A DNA stretch of 64,000 bases, from NCBI GenBank assembly GCA_016748015.1, contig JAAOMT010000303.1:930001-994000 (forward strand). The letters are read 5' to 3'. Made by a program: the position numbers and the translations under genes. Below the pieces are notes generated by a model. That model was not told where the DNA came from and did no database searches. It worked only from the letters and a program-made list of their open reading frames with translations. Of this stretch, positions 35,131 through 50,700 are shown in pieces. Each line of letters begins with the position of its first letter. The first letter of the stretch is position 1. The DNA comes from Geosiphon pyriformis uo1 (taxonomy: Eukaryota; Fungi; Glomeromycota).

Positions 35131-36473
35131 TTGTTATAATATCAGTTATTTTATTATTTAAAATATTAAAATGTTTTTTAATTTTAATTTAAAATATTAC
35201 TAAATATTTATTTTTAATTAAATTAATTATATAATGTTTTTTATTTAATATTTGCTTTTAAAGATTAGTTTAAAATTATTGTTTGAAAAATTATATATAT
35301 TTATAACTACATAATTATTTAATAGTGTCTTAATAAAATTATAATATAATATTACAAAAAAAGCAAAAATAATAAATTAAAACTTAATAAATATTAAAAA
35401 CATCAAATTTTTATCTTTATATTTACATTAATTTTAATTTTAATAAAGTAAACAACAGAATTTTTTTTACCAAATTAGTGTCAAAATACTTAATAAATTT
35501 ATCTGTAAATATAATTAATTAAAAATATTTTTTATTAAATTAAAATAGTTTAAAAACTAAAAATTATTGTATATGTCAAAAATTGTTTGTAATTTTAAAT
35601 ATTTAAGCCAAATTTAAAGTATAAAAAAATTATATTTATATATTTATAAACTTGTGTTTTTTTATTAAAATATGTCATTTAAATTTTTTAGAAAAATAAA
35701 ACAAAAAATTATTTTTTCTTAAAAATTATAAAAACTAAAGAAATTATTAACTGGCAAATATCAAAACCAGTATTGATTTAATCATAAATCATTGAGTTGA
35801 TTTATCAATAATATTTGGAAGCTTTCAGCAAAATAAAAATTAATAGAAGAAAAAGGATGAGTGTTTATGGATTTGCCATTGAGATTACATATCAAGTATT
35901 TGGTTAAAGACGAAAAGTGCCCTTGATAATCTGTTTGTAAAAATACATCTCTGATAAAACTTTTCTTGATAAATGGTCTTTTTAAGATTTAAATAGGAAC
36001 AAGTTAGCCATCATCAAAACTGATAAATAAGCTTTCTTACTCCAATTGGGTATTTTCGATAGCTTCGAGATCAATCTTCAATTTAAACTCATGTTCAAAA
36101 TGCGATTTGTACTGCCAAACGAAAACCACGAGAGCCAAGTTACAGCATTCAATTGATAAGACAAAAGAAGGCACTAGGTATTACCTTCAAGACCTCGCGT
36201 GACAATCACATAATAATTAATGATTATATATCATTAAGAAAATGAGGGGTCATTGCCATTTTCAGCAGCTATTTAGTTGACCTTCCTGACAAGAAACTAA
36301 AAACGTGTTCTGAGGGAGTCTTTTCATTCGCAAGTCTTTATAAATTATAGCAAGAACTGTAAGGACTCACAACTATCCTGTAGTTCTTGAAATATTACTT
36401 GTCGTTCTTGGAACAAGAATAGAGTTCTCATTCAAAAGTTTTATTGTAATTGTAAAGTTTCTTAACTTCGAAC

Positions 36474-39082
36474 ATGAGCTTATTTAACATAAATAGAGGA
36501 CCTGGTAATAAAGATGTTCCAAAGGCTTCTGGTCAAACCCGGCCTACAGTAAATAGCGCCATAATTCAGGGTTTAGGTGGGAACTTCACAGATAATTTTC
36601 GTGGTTTAAAAGCCTTTGCCGCTCAAGGTCATTCAAAGTCAAAAGAGGAAGAAGAGGAAGAGGATTTGGAAGAGGAAGAGGAAGAGGAAGAGGAGGAGGA
36701 GGAGGAGGAGGAGGAGGAGGAAGAGGAGGAAAGTGAAGGGGGTTCTCGTAGTGCTGAAGAATCTGAAGGGACCGAATCTTCTGACTCCTCAACAACAAGA
36801 GTTGAACACCATGAAACAGCGGCCAAAAGCTCAACATTAGCCAACGATACGGGCATAAATACTAATAACAGAAGTTATGAGATAGACGGTTGTGAAGATG
36901 ATAGTCAAGACATGAAACCGGTTAAATCACGGGCTAAAGTTAATACAAACAATATTTTGTCAGGTCATACAAGTAGTTTTAGACAATTAGGGAGACAACA
37001 ACGGGAACATCAACAGGGATTATGTAATGAGCCTTTTTCTTCTAATAATCCTGGTGAGATTCGTTCAGGAATTTCTGGACGTCATAATAATTCACGACGT
37101 TTACAAACTAATACTTCAGCAATAATCGAAGAACCAATGAGTTATAATAAGAGTAATACGGCAGAGTTTTATTCCCCGCTTCATGAACGCCGAAAAGTTT
37201 CATTTGATTCGACCAATTATGATGCTGGCGAAAAATCCCCGGCTAGTTTTTCTTGGACAAACGATGATAATGGACAAAACAATCCCAGAAGACCGAACGC
37301 GAAATCTAATATTTTAGAAGAAAATACATATTCAAGACGACAATGGACATCCTCAAGTAATGATCATCATCATCATCATCATCATCCTGTAGACGTTCAA
37401 TCAGAAATAACCCTAAATACGGATAAAATAAATCTAAAACCAAGAGCACAATCTACTGTTGAATATGGGCACCCACGTGGCCAAGATTCAGTTAAACAAT
37501 CAAATATCTATTCGGATCCATACGTGGAATCAAAATCAAAACCAACAGTCTATTCACCACCTTCAACTCCAAGAGCATGGTCAGAAGTTATTTACCATCC
37601 GCCTGCAGCCAGGACCGAAATTTCTCGTCTCAGTGATCCAGGTCCAGCAGGAAATCGGCGACCAACTGTCAAAATTAATGCTCGTATCCCAATGACTAAT
37701 GAATTAGAAGAAGTTTATCTTCAACAGAGTCGAAACGTTGATTTAAGGAATAAACCCAAAGTTTCATCAAGTGCCATGATTGATCTTACTGGTCTCCATC
37801 CAAAAAGAAAAGTAACTGCATCAGCACAGATTCAACTTCAAGACGAGGATTTTCATTATGAGAATAATAATGAAGATGGCGAAGAAAATTGGGAAGATGA
37901 TCAAGAAGAAAGTGAAGAAAGCGATGTGACTGAAAAGGAACAGCAAGTGAAAAAAAAAGTAGATAGTGAACAGATTCAGGATGATTTATTGAAGCTTTCT
38001 AAAGATCCCAAGATTCGTGAAAAGGTTGATTTGATTATAGAGAATCATAATCGCAATCTATATATATATATTTCATTTTTACTGTCGAATGATTCATATT
38101 TTTATTCTTTTCTTTTCAGATTACTAATCTTAGAACATCTAATGAAGCTCTAATGACCATGAATGCTCAACTCAAATCAACTTTAAAAGACCAGCAGGCA
38201 AAAATAGAACAATTAAACGGGCTTGACTCAGTAGCTGAATCCCAAAAGCAACAATTAAAACACCTTGCTAAAGTTGAGGAATTAGTTCAAGAACTTTCGA
38301 CAAAAGTATCTTCCCAAGAAGCTGAAATTAGTGGCCTAAGGGGACAATTAGTCAAGGCAGAATTGTATGTATAACCTTTTTATTTCGGTATTTTGCATAA
38401 ATCTTTTATACTCACAATAATATTGCCGAATATTTAACATCTTTAAATATATTAGAAAACAAAAAGATCAGCAACAAGTTAAGTTAGATGAAAATGTTGG
38501 TTCAAGAATTCATCAACACCAGTTAACTAATTTTTTCTTCTTTAAAGCCACCAGCATCAATACTTTATAATCCTAGACTATTGCCTATAAACTCTCTACC
38601 ACGTATAATTTATGAACGAGGTATATGATCTATCTTTTTACAAAGAGAAAATTAAAAATTATATTATCCATTAATTAATATTATATTACTTTTCAATAGT
38701 CTCCGATGATGTTACTATACTCTTTACCGTGGTCACTTCGCTCATCTATACAATATATGTTTTCCCATTAGTTGTAATTGCAAAAGCATTTAAAGAACTT
38801 GCTGATAAATCTAGAGCTAAAATTCAAGAAATAACCAGTAGTGATGCCCAAGATTCTACCTCATCATCATCATCATCATCCTCATCCTCATCATCCTCAG
38901 ACATTACGACTGTCAATCAAAACAGTACAAACAATGTGAGTAAATAATCTTGTGTGTTCTCGGTAAATGTTAGTAATAATTTCTTTTACCTTTTTTTATT
39001 CTTTTCCACCACCACCAACATTTCTATTTAGTTTCTTACCAATTTTGACGATGAGTCTGATAATTTTATATTTATTTCTTAA
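36474..39082 (+). CDS. Uncharacterised protein ~725 aa: acidic/disordered N-terminus, coiled coil, one predicted TM helix; exons 36474-38024, 38120-38364, 38456-38477, 38548-38620, 38700-38935, 39032-39082
   Basis: Long CpG-retaining ORF with poly-E. GT-AG introns join the track ORFs in frame: ...PKIREK|ITNLRTSNEALMTMNAQLKSTLKDQQAKIEQL..., with hydrophobic VTILFTVVTSLIYTIYVFPLVVIA. The exon 3 donor and the last exon are less certain (alternative stop at 38947). Confidence 0.75.
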
Positions 39083-39465
39083 TTAAACCCTTTGCACACT
39101 TTCACTTTAGTAATACTGTAGAATATGTTAAATTTTTTTTTACATACCTTCATCATGATTTTCATTTTATCTTTTTTATTCAAAAACCGAAAAAAAATGG
39201 GAATAAACAACTTGTAAAAAGCTTCGAGAATCTTCAAAAATATTTGTGACTGGCTTATGAGTTCAAGGGAAACTATTGACGTTTTATTATTGAAAATGAT
39301 GCAGATTTAATATTGCTTGTTTCTCTTCAGCATTTGAATCGATCTGATTCGTTGATCCACGAATCCTGATTTCGATTTCAATCATATCAATTAATATTTA
39401 CTTATTTCGCATATAAACACCAAGGATCAACAAATGGCCTTTCAAAATCGACCTTTAGACTTGTA

Positions 39466-41095
39466 ATGGGTATGTAATATCAAATTGCGATACAAAAATT
39501 TTCAGATATCAGGGAATAAACATAATTTTGATTCTATTATGATTAGCTGCCAGTGTTAATGACTTCTTAGCAGGTACGTCTTCTATTTAAATTACCAGAA
39601 TGGGTACATTAATCAAATTGAAGCTTTTCTCCATATTTCTTTTAATTCAATTTTTTTTGATAACAGGATATGTGAGTGGTGTCGCCGGACTTCTGATTGG
39701 GAACCCTCTCGATGTTCTGAAGGTATTATTTTAAAGTTCTGTCGAATTGGGACTATCCTTCAGGTGTCTCCTCATGTGGAATCTGGGGATTTTGAGTGAT
39801 CTATAGGTTCGCCTCCAAACTCAAAAAAACCCCCATAATCCAAATGGAAGTGATATAATTGTTACACCACAATTAACAGGTTTAAGAAATTTGCGGCGCA
39901 TGGTACAAGTTGAAGGGGTAAAGATGGTTTTTGATCATTTATATATTCAGATGCAATTCTTGATTAAAAACTTAATCGGTATAAAGAAATTAATTTTAAA
40001 TGTAGCTGGGTTCAATGTTTAAAGGAGTAGCGTCTCCAATAATTGGACTCGCTTTCTTAAATTCCATATTATTTGTTTCATACGGGAATATCTTAAGGTT
40101 ACTTCAAGGTTTCGAGAAACCAGATTCAAAAAAAGGAAATACCCTAGTACCTTCGATGTTGAATGTTTACTGGGCAGGATTTGGAGCTGGTTTAGCGTGT
40201 TTTTTTGTGAGTACACCCACCGAATTAATCAAGTGTAAAACACAAGTTATTATCCCGTTGCCTATGTCATCACAAAATCAAAATAGAGATGCAAATAGTA
40301 GCAATGATTTTTCTTGGAATATATTCAAAGATGTGCTAAGACGGCAAGGAATTAGAGGTGAGAGAGGAAGGGAATTTTCTTTTGATAACTCAGTATAACA
40401 AAACAAAAATTTTAGGCCTTTATCATGGAGGATGTATAACTATTATGAGAGATACAATAAGTTATGGTGTTTATTTTTGGTAATTATCGGGGTCAGCAAA
40501 GAGTTTTTACTCTTTAATTTTTAAATAGCACCGAATTTTTTATATTCCCTCATAGGGCCTACGAAGGATTAAAACGAATATTAGGAGAGACATCAGATAG
40601 TTCAAATACTTCTATGGTCCTCAAAACTTTGTTTGCTGGAGGAATGGCAGGAGTTTTATCTTGGGTTAGTATATACCCATTAGGTAAGAAATTTCTCTAC
40701 CTAAACAAAAAACTAGTCTTTGGACCTGCAAACCTTAACTACTAAATTAAAATTCATTTTCAAAAAAATTAGATGTAATAAAAACTCGAATTCAAACAGA
40801 ATCAATCAGTACCAGTTCTACAAATTTCGTCGAAACTCACCGTTCTATTCGAACTTCTGTAAATTATTCCTCATCCTTTGATTCACATCACGTCCATTCC
40901 TTGTCAGATGACACTAGGCCATATTCAGGAATACTTGATTGTGCACTGAGATCATATAGAGCTGAAGGAATCACCGTATTTTGTAAAGGAATTGGACCAA
41001 CTGTGTTAAGAGCTTTGCCAGTGAGTGCGGTTACTTTTTATGTTTATGAGATTATGATGAATTGGTTAAAATCTGATCATGGCATAGTACCATGA
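39466..41095 (+). CDS. Mitochondrial carrier (SLC25) of the amino-acid/carnitine-acylcarnitine group, ~354 aa; exons 39466-39469, 39547-39573, 39667-39722, 39807-39917, 40006-40357, 40416-40479, 40556-40683, 40773-41095
   Basis: Three Px[DE]xxKx[RK] signatures: PLDVLKVRLQ, PTELIKCKTQ, PLDVIKTRIQ. EG..[FY][KH]G motifs present. The R-D pair (IMRDT) is typical of amino-acid-type carriers. Seven GT-AG introns give a 1065-nt open frame. Confidence 0.92.
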
Positions 41096-42569
41096 TTTCT
41101 TATTTCTGATTTATCGTGAAATTCGAACTATACTGAGAAGAGGGTTATTTCCATATGTAACAAATGGTGAAATACTATCTACAAAACCAAATACATTCTC
41201 TTATTACTGCAGAAAAGCAATATTCCAAATTTTTGTGATGTTTGACATTTAGAAGCCTGGCCTTTGGTGCATGCGTTGCCTTTTATAAATAAATTATTTG
41301 AAAATTTGGAGGGAGTTGAGGTCTCGATTATTAATTTTCGAAGAAAAATTTAAGAAATTGGCTTATGATCTCAATGCTACAGCTTTCACAATTTTCTGTT
41401 TTATTTTTATTGCATAAATTTTTAATTGAGAATGACTGAAAACATAATCATTAGCCTTTTGAATACGTCTTATTGCAAGCCCCATTCCGAATATTCACAA
41501 GTGAGTTAGTGTTTTTATGGAAGAAAAAATAATTAGTTAATAGATTCATTAAAGCAATAGAATGCTAAATACAAAAACAAACCTCAACTTTTTAATCATT
41601 AAAAATTGATCATTTACTTGAAATAGCTTTGTCTTTTTCAAGAAACAAGCCTTTTGTTTTTCAATTCAATGCATAAAAATTGTAATTGAAATCTAACTCT
41701 CACAAATTTATTTAAATACCACATTTTAATGCACACAAAACTCATCAATAGTGTACAAAATTTTAAAGTTAACACATTTTACATATTATATATATCAACT
41801 AAAAAATCAAGTTTATTATTTATATTTTTGAACTATTAATCTTAAACAGTCTTTTTAATCTCAATTTAATAACTGTTTTCAAGTTATTACAAATGCTTTT
41901 TAAAGTATTGTTGATTTAAAACTTTGTATTATATGTTTTTAAAAAATACTCATTTATTAAATACAAATTTTTAATAATAAATAATAATAATTTTGGTTAC
42001 AATATTGATTAAATTATTTAAAAAAAAACTTTTTAACATTAAAATAAACAACAATAAATAATAACATAAAAACAAAATTAAAAAAATTTATGTTTAACTA
42101 TTTTAAAATTAAAATTTCTAATATTATATATAATTTTGTAACTTAATATTAAGATAATATTAATTAAGTTTTTTATATAATAGACAAAAATTTATTAATA
42201 ATAAACAATATTTAGTATTTAATTTCTTAACATAATAACTAGTTTATTCTAATGTTTTTTACTTTTTTAATAAGTAATTCTAATTTTTAATTTATTTTTT
42301 ATACTATTTTTTGTATTTTTTATTAAACAATTCTTGATATTATAAACTTAATACTTTTTTTAATTAATTAGTAATTTTACAAATACAATAAAATAAAATA
42401 AATTAATATTTTAATAATTATAATTAAAAACTATTGTTTTAATATAATAAATTTTTTTAATAAATATAATTAATATTTATGTTTTAAATTATATTAAAAA
42501 TAAATAATAAATAAATTTACAATAAATATATTAATTACATATAACTTGAATTAAATATCAATAATTAAA

Positions 42570-44840
42570 ATTATAATAACTCTTTGTCTTCTTAATTTTA
42601 TGACCACAATCAAAGCAAAAAGTAAAAAAGCTGTACCTAATATTTTTTCTAAGATATCTAATAAAATTTCAACCAAAAAAGCTCTTTCTGTTGTAAAAGC
42701 AACTAGACAAAATATTTTAGAAGTCTTCTTTTTACTCAGTAATTGTAAAAAACTGTTTTTAGTAGCCATTAAAGCAATTTTTTCAATTTTGGCTGGTCTT
42801 TCACCAGTCAAAGTTTCTTCAAAGAAACATACTTGAGTTAGTTCTAGTATTGTTTCTATTCTTTTAAAGAGCCCAAAAATTTTTAATAACAAACCAGTTA
42901 ACAAGTTGGTTTTTTTTTCTATAGCTTCAACACCAGGTGTTATCAGCATCTTTTCTTCAAAAAAAATGGTCAAAAAAACCAAAAGTTCAGAAAAGTAAGA
43001 GCAGTTACTTGCTTTTACTATTATTACACTAAACTTTTTTGTAATTCCAACTGAAATCTTAGACAAAATCTCCACTGTTTTATCTGACATATTATTTAAG
43101 ATAGGCCAAAATCAACCATTGACTGTATTGTCAAATGTGGTGCTTTCCAGCAAATTTTCACTGATTCTAAAAGCAAAGCAACTATTTTCTATAGTGTCAT
43201 CTGTTTTTAAGAATTGGGCTAACCAAATGAAAACTGAATCATCATCTTTTTTGGTTTCTGGTGCTGTTGTTAATAGTGCTTAGAAAAGTATTGCTAGTCA
43301 TTAAAGATTTGCTAAGTAAGTAGTCTCTATTCTAGTGTCTGATACTACTTTCAAGATCAAATTGGCTTATGTTAAGACTGTTTTTCAATCTGTACATAGT
43401 TTTCTGAATGCAAAATCAATATCAAAAAACAATGTGAATTTTTTCTGTATGGAGTTTGCTTTTCAAGTGTTTTTGGAAGCTGCATTTTTGGTTGAACTTA
43501 CAAGTTTTGTTTGTTTGGCCACTCTTAAAATTGCTAAGTTTTTGGTAGTTTTTGAGTTTGGTTTCTTTTTTGCTGCTGTTGTGCTATATAATATATCTGC
43601 TGCTAACATTAAAACAGCTCTTGGTGTGTTTAATAGCATTACTTGTGTTATGTTAAAGTTTATTAATGTTTGGCAATATGGAGTTGTTTATTTTAAAACA
43701 TTAGACTCTGCTGTATTTGCTTTGAGTTATTGGTTAGTTTTGATGGACAAGGATAATATTAGGATCCTCTTCTTAATGAATTAGAATAAGACTATTTTGT
43801 TTTGTAATAAATTTAAGGCCAAGCTGATTAATCTTCTTTTTGGCTGTACTGCTTTTGAAATCAATAATATGGTTTCTTAAGTTGATAGTTAAACATGTTT
43901 TATTCCTCACTTTCCTGATTTTGGTTATTGTTTTTGGTTTGCTTTGGTTATATTTGGATCTTAGGTTGATCTGGATGTTGTTATTATTAAGACTAATACA
44001 CTAATAAAATGTTGTATTTGGTAAAAAATACTTGGTTGTTGGCACTGTTTTAGGTGTTAAAAAATGGGCCACTTGGCTGTGGATTGTGAAATGTTTCTGT
44101 TTCTTCCTTTTAAGACTTTCAAAATATTTATTCTATGCTTTGTGAATACAAAGTTTTATGCTAAAATGTCTGTCTTTTTGGACTTTTCTGATTTTCTTCC
44201 ATTGGTAATTTCTACTTTTTTTTTTGGAGTTAAAGATGATTTTTTGATTTTGTTTTAGCTTATGTCTTTGGAATTTGACTTGGTCAAGTTGTTAATATTA
44301 GTTGAATTTATTGTTAAGCCTGTTGGTAGGTTGGTAACTGCTTTTAAACAATTTATTAAAAGTAATCTTATGTTTAGCAGCAAGTTTAGAAACAAGATTA
44401 ATAAGCTTATGATATATTTAGGTGCTTTCAGCAAATTTGTTGGTAAGTTGGAGAGAAAAGTGGTAATATTAAAGACTAAATATAATATGGAAAATGTTGA
44501 TTTGTCTGATGATTCTGGTGTTCTAGTTGGAGTAAGTAATAAGATGTTTGGTGAATTAATGGCACTTTGGAAATTTGAATCTCTTGAGATTAAGTTCAAT
44601 TCCATGAAAACAGCTAAGTTGCTTATTGGATTGGTTTTTAGTAGTCTCACTTTGTTTAATATAATTCAAAAGATGTCTATTTTGGGCAAGTTTTCTTGTA
44701 AGTTGTCAACATATTATAGCCTAAAATAGCTGGTTATATGTAAAAAATACATAAACTTCACTTAGTTTAGAACACTTAATTTGTTTTATTGTACTAAGTA
44801 GTAGTTGGGTCATATTCATTAAATCTTTAATAAAAAATAA
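42570..44840 (+). mobile_element. Best-preserved ORF1-only non-autonomous non-LTR element (HAL1-like organisation)
   Basis: One decayed ORF from ATG 42600 to ~44729 with a gag-type CX2CX4HX4C knuckle (CFRC*KMGHLAVDC, 44046-44087). It is followed directly by the LINE-type 3' UTR and A-rich tail; no EN or RT. Confidence 0.8.
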
Positions 44841-45311
44841 TAATAATCAAATATAATAATTATAATTTTTATTAAGTAATAAATTTTTAATTATTAAAAT
44901 AAATTAGTTAAAAAGAAGATAATTATTAAAAAAATTATTTTTTCTGTTTCTAAAACTATTATTATATATATATAAATTTTTAATATTTTTAATATTTCTT
45001 ATATTTTTTCTAAGTTATTATTGGAATTTTTAAAATTTTTAATATTATATTTATCTGCTAATATTTAATATATAATTGGTTAATTTATGATATATTAATA
45101 TTTGTTTTGTTTTTTTATTATTTTATAAATAATAATATATGAAGCAAATTTAATAAATCAAATTAAAATAATCTTATAAAAATTAAGTAATTTAAAAAAC
45201 TTTTTATAAATTAAATTTAAATATTTTTAATATTAATATTTATAATAATAGTATAATTTTTTTAATATTTAATTTTATGAATTATACAACTAAAAAAATA
45301 ATTTTAATATT

Positions 45312-47600
<2,289 letters not shown>

Positions 47601-47763
47601 AAAAATTCTGAAATTCTGCAATTTTTGAGAGAAATTCTGAAAGTTTGAAATTCTGGAATTCTGTAATTTCTTGAGAAAAATTCTGGAATTTCTTTTTTTA
47701 CTATGTTTATTTTTGATTTGTTATTTTATCTATTATTATAATTTTTAATTTCTATGAGTAACA
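47601..47763 (-). mobile_element. Truncated LTR (family A) fragment
   Basis: Homologous to ~30720-30881; ends TTTCTATGAGTAACA followed by ATAT. Confidence 0.75.
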
Positions 47764-50700
47764 ATATACACAAGTCAGATGTAATCTTATTTATGTATTT
47801 AACAACCATATAAGAATCAGAGTACCACAGTAAAACTATAAGTTTCTAATTAAAGTTACCAATTTAAGAAGTATTTATAATTCTAATACTTGATCTATTT
47901 TTTTATTGAAAACATTTAATAATATTATTTACAATTCTCACAAAGTAATAAATATTGCCAGATACTATTTTATTATTAGACATTAACATTTTTTCTAATA
48001 TTAACTGGTAAAACAAACCCAAAAATGTGGCTTAATTAGCCAATTTGTTAATCTGCTTATTGTTTAATACTTTAAAATAACTTTTTACTTTAACTTACTT
48101 TACTAAAATACTTTTATTCTTAATTAAGTTGCAAATGTGATAGTATTCAATCCAGCATTTGTTGTGAAAATCAAGAGCCACCAAATCCTTAGTTTAACAT
48201 ATATTTAAAAGAACTTAATTATCTAAAAAGATTGCAATATTGGAGAAGATTAGAACACATTCAAAAGCCAATATAATAGTATGCATTTTAGCCAGAATTG
48301 AGAATAATAGTCTGTAAACTTCTATACTTATAAATATACTCAGATCAAAAAAAATATGCAGCTGTACTGTCAACAGATTTAAAGAAACCAAAATTCTTGA
48401 CAAAGTCATTAGTGTATATTAAAATCTTGAACAAAAACAAATTTCTTAATTTAGAATAAACAATATTAAATATGCTTACATTAATTACTCTTGTCTTGGA
48501 GAAGCTTTTAAAAGTAAAAGAATGTTCTTAAACTAAATCACCATTTTTCACAAAACTTGAGACTTTTTTGAACCAAAAAAAAACTGGGTCTTTGAGATCT
48601 AAAAATTTTCATTAATGAAAATTACTTTAAGTAAAGCATTTTTCATGGTTATTCAAAAACTAATTTGCAAAAATAATTTCAAAATACTTTAATGTCTTAC
48701 AGAATCAAAAATTTTTTTTTTGATTCAGAACATCTATAACAGAAATTCTATGCTTAAAACAAAAAGCACTAGGTTGGCTATTGGCCAGAAACATATTATT
48801 GTTCAAAAATATTTTTGTGACACCAGCCAAAAAATTGTTCATCAAATTGACTTTTAACTTAACAGAGAACTAAAAAAAGTTCTGGGGAACCCAACCTAAA
48901 ATCTGCAAATTCAGTAACCTATGCCTAAAAAACTGGTTAAGAATATTTTTATTATTAGCAAAAATTATTATTGATGTCACTTTTTTTTCCACTTGTACTT
49001 AATTAAAAGGTTTTAAATTGTACAAAAACAAATAATACATAACTTTATTAAAGAAATTTTTAAACAGATCAGTCTTTAATTTTAACTTTTTTTTAATCAA
49101 ACAATTTTATCTTTTATACATACTTTTACCAATAAAGCTGAATTGAATTTTATAAGCAACAATAGACTGTAAGATAGCTAAAACCAAATAGAAAAATTGT
49201 TTGTCTGAAATGGCTTTATACAAAACCATAAATAAGAAAAACTTTATATCTGAATCTGTTTTTTTTAAACTTAGACTAAAAAGACTCTTGGTTAACAAAA
49301 AAATATCCAAATAACAATAAGTCTTGTTTGCTTTTGTAATAGAAATAAATGTCTTACTTATGCTTAAAGAAATATTATATTGTTATTAAAGATTTTTGTT
49401 CTCTTTTCTTAAATGTTGTTAATGTTTGTTTACTATTAATTTACGTTTTTGAAAGCAGTTGAATTTCTAATAACTGAATTTATCTTCAAATTATCTCCTA
49501 TAATTTGAACTACTGGGCTTATAAATAGAATGGCCAATTCTATGCTAGTTATTTTATATAGTTACATTATAGTAAATATTAACTCTTTTCCAAAAATTGT
49601 TTATCTAAAAGCTTACTAAATTGTATAGTTACTTTGCTATAAAAATCAACTTTTTTACAGAAATCTTATCTGTAGGTTATCTTAATAATTATATTAAAAA
49701 TAAAAAAAATATAAAAAAAATATAAAAGAATTGAAATTTTATTAAAAAAATTGTTTTTTATTCAGACTTGAAATCATTAATAGTTTACTAAAACTGGCAG
49801 CTATTTAATTTTAAAACATTAATTGAATTTCAGAGAATGTCAAGTACAATTATTTCAAAAATTGGTTTTTAAAGTATATTTTTATTTTAAATTGTATTAA
49901 TAAGGATAAATTTAAAGTAAGATATCTATAATAAAAATTTTTTTTTTGAAAAGAGAAGCTCTTTTTTTTATATAATTTGTTGTAATATTAGTTTATAAAC
50001 TTGAACTTTTTTTTTATTATAATTTAGATAAATTAAAGATATATTTTAACAAACTATTAATTATTTTGGTAAATTATCTATTATTTTAGCAAATTTCTAC
50101 AAATTTTGGCAAATTTTTAAATATTACATAGTTTAAAATATTGTGTAATTTGATCATTCTAGTTTTTATTGTATAAATCAAGTTATTAATTAAATAATAA
50201 TTTTGATAATTTGATTAAGTAATAAGTAATAATTAAAATAATATTAATATATGCTAATTAATAATAGGAATTATAAAATTAATTTCATGCTAATTAATGG
50301 CTAAAATTTTATGGATAACAATATACTCTTGGGTTGATTGGAATAACCATTATTTTGTTTGTATTAATTGAAATATCTATAATATTAAAAAAATTGTTAA
50401 TAATATCCAAAATATTTTGTATTATTATATAACAATTATCAACCCAAATTATATTATCCACAAAAGCACCAGTGGCCAAATAAAAAGTCAGACTGATATT
50501 AAACTCAATTCTGCCAGTTCTGACAACTAATCTAGAATCAATACAATACCCAAATAGAGACTTCTGTCTTTTTACTTTACATAAAAAGAAGTTGTAAAAA
50601 ATTCTTCAAAAAAAAGTAAAAACACTTTATTTTAATCCAATCTATTATGAATTTTGTAACCATTAAATAAACCAAAATTTGGCATAACTCTATTTGTATG

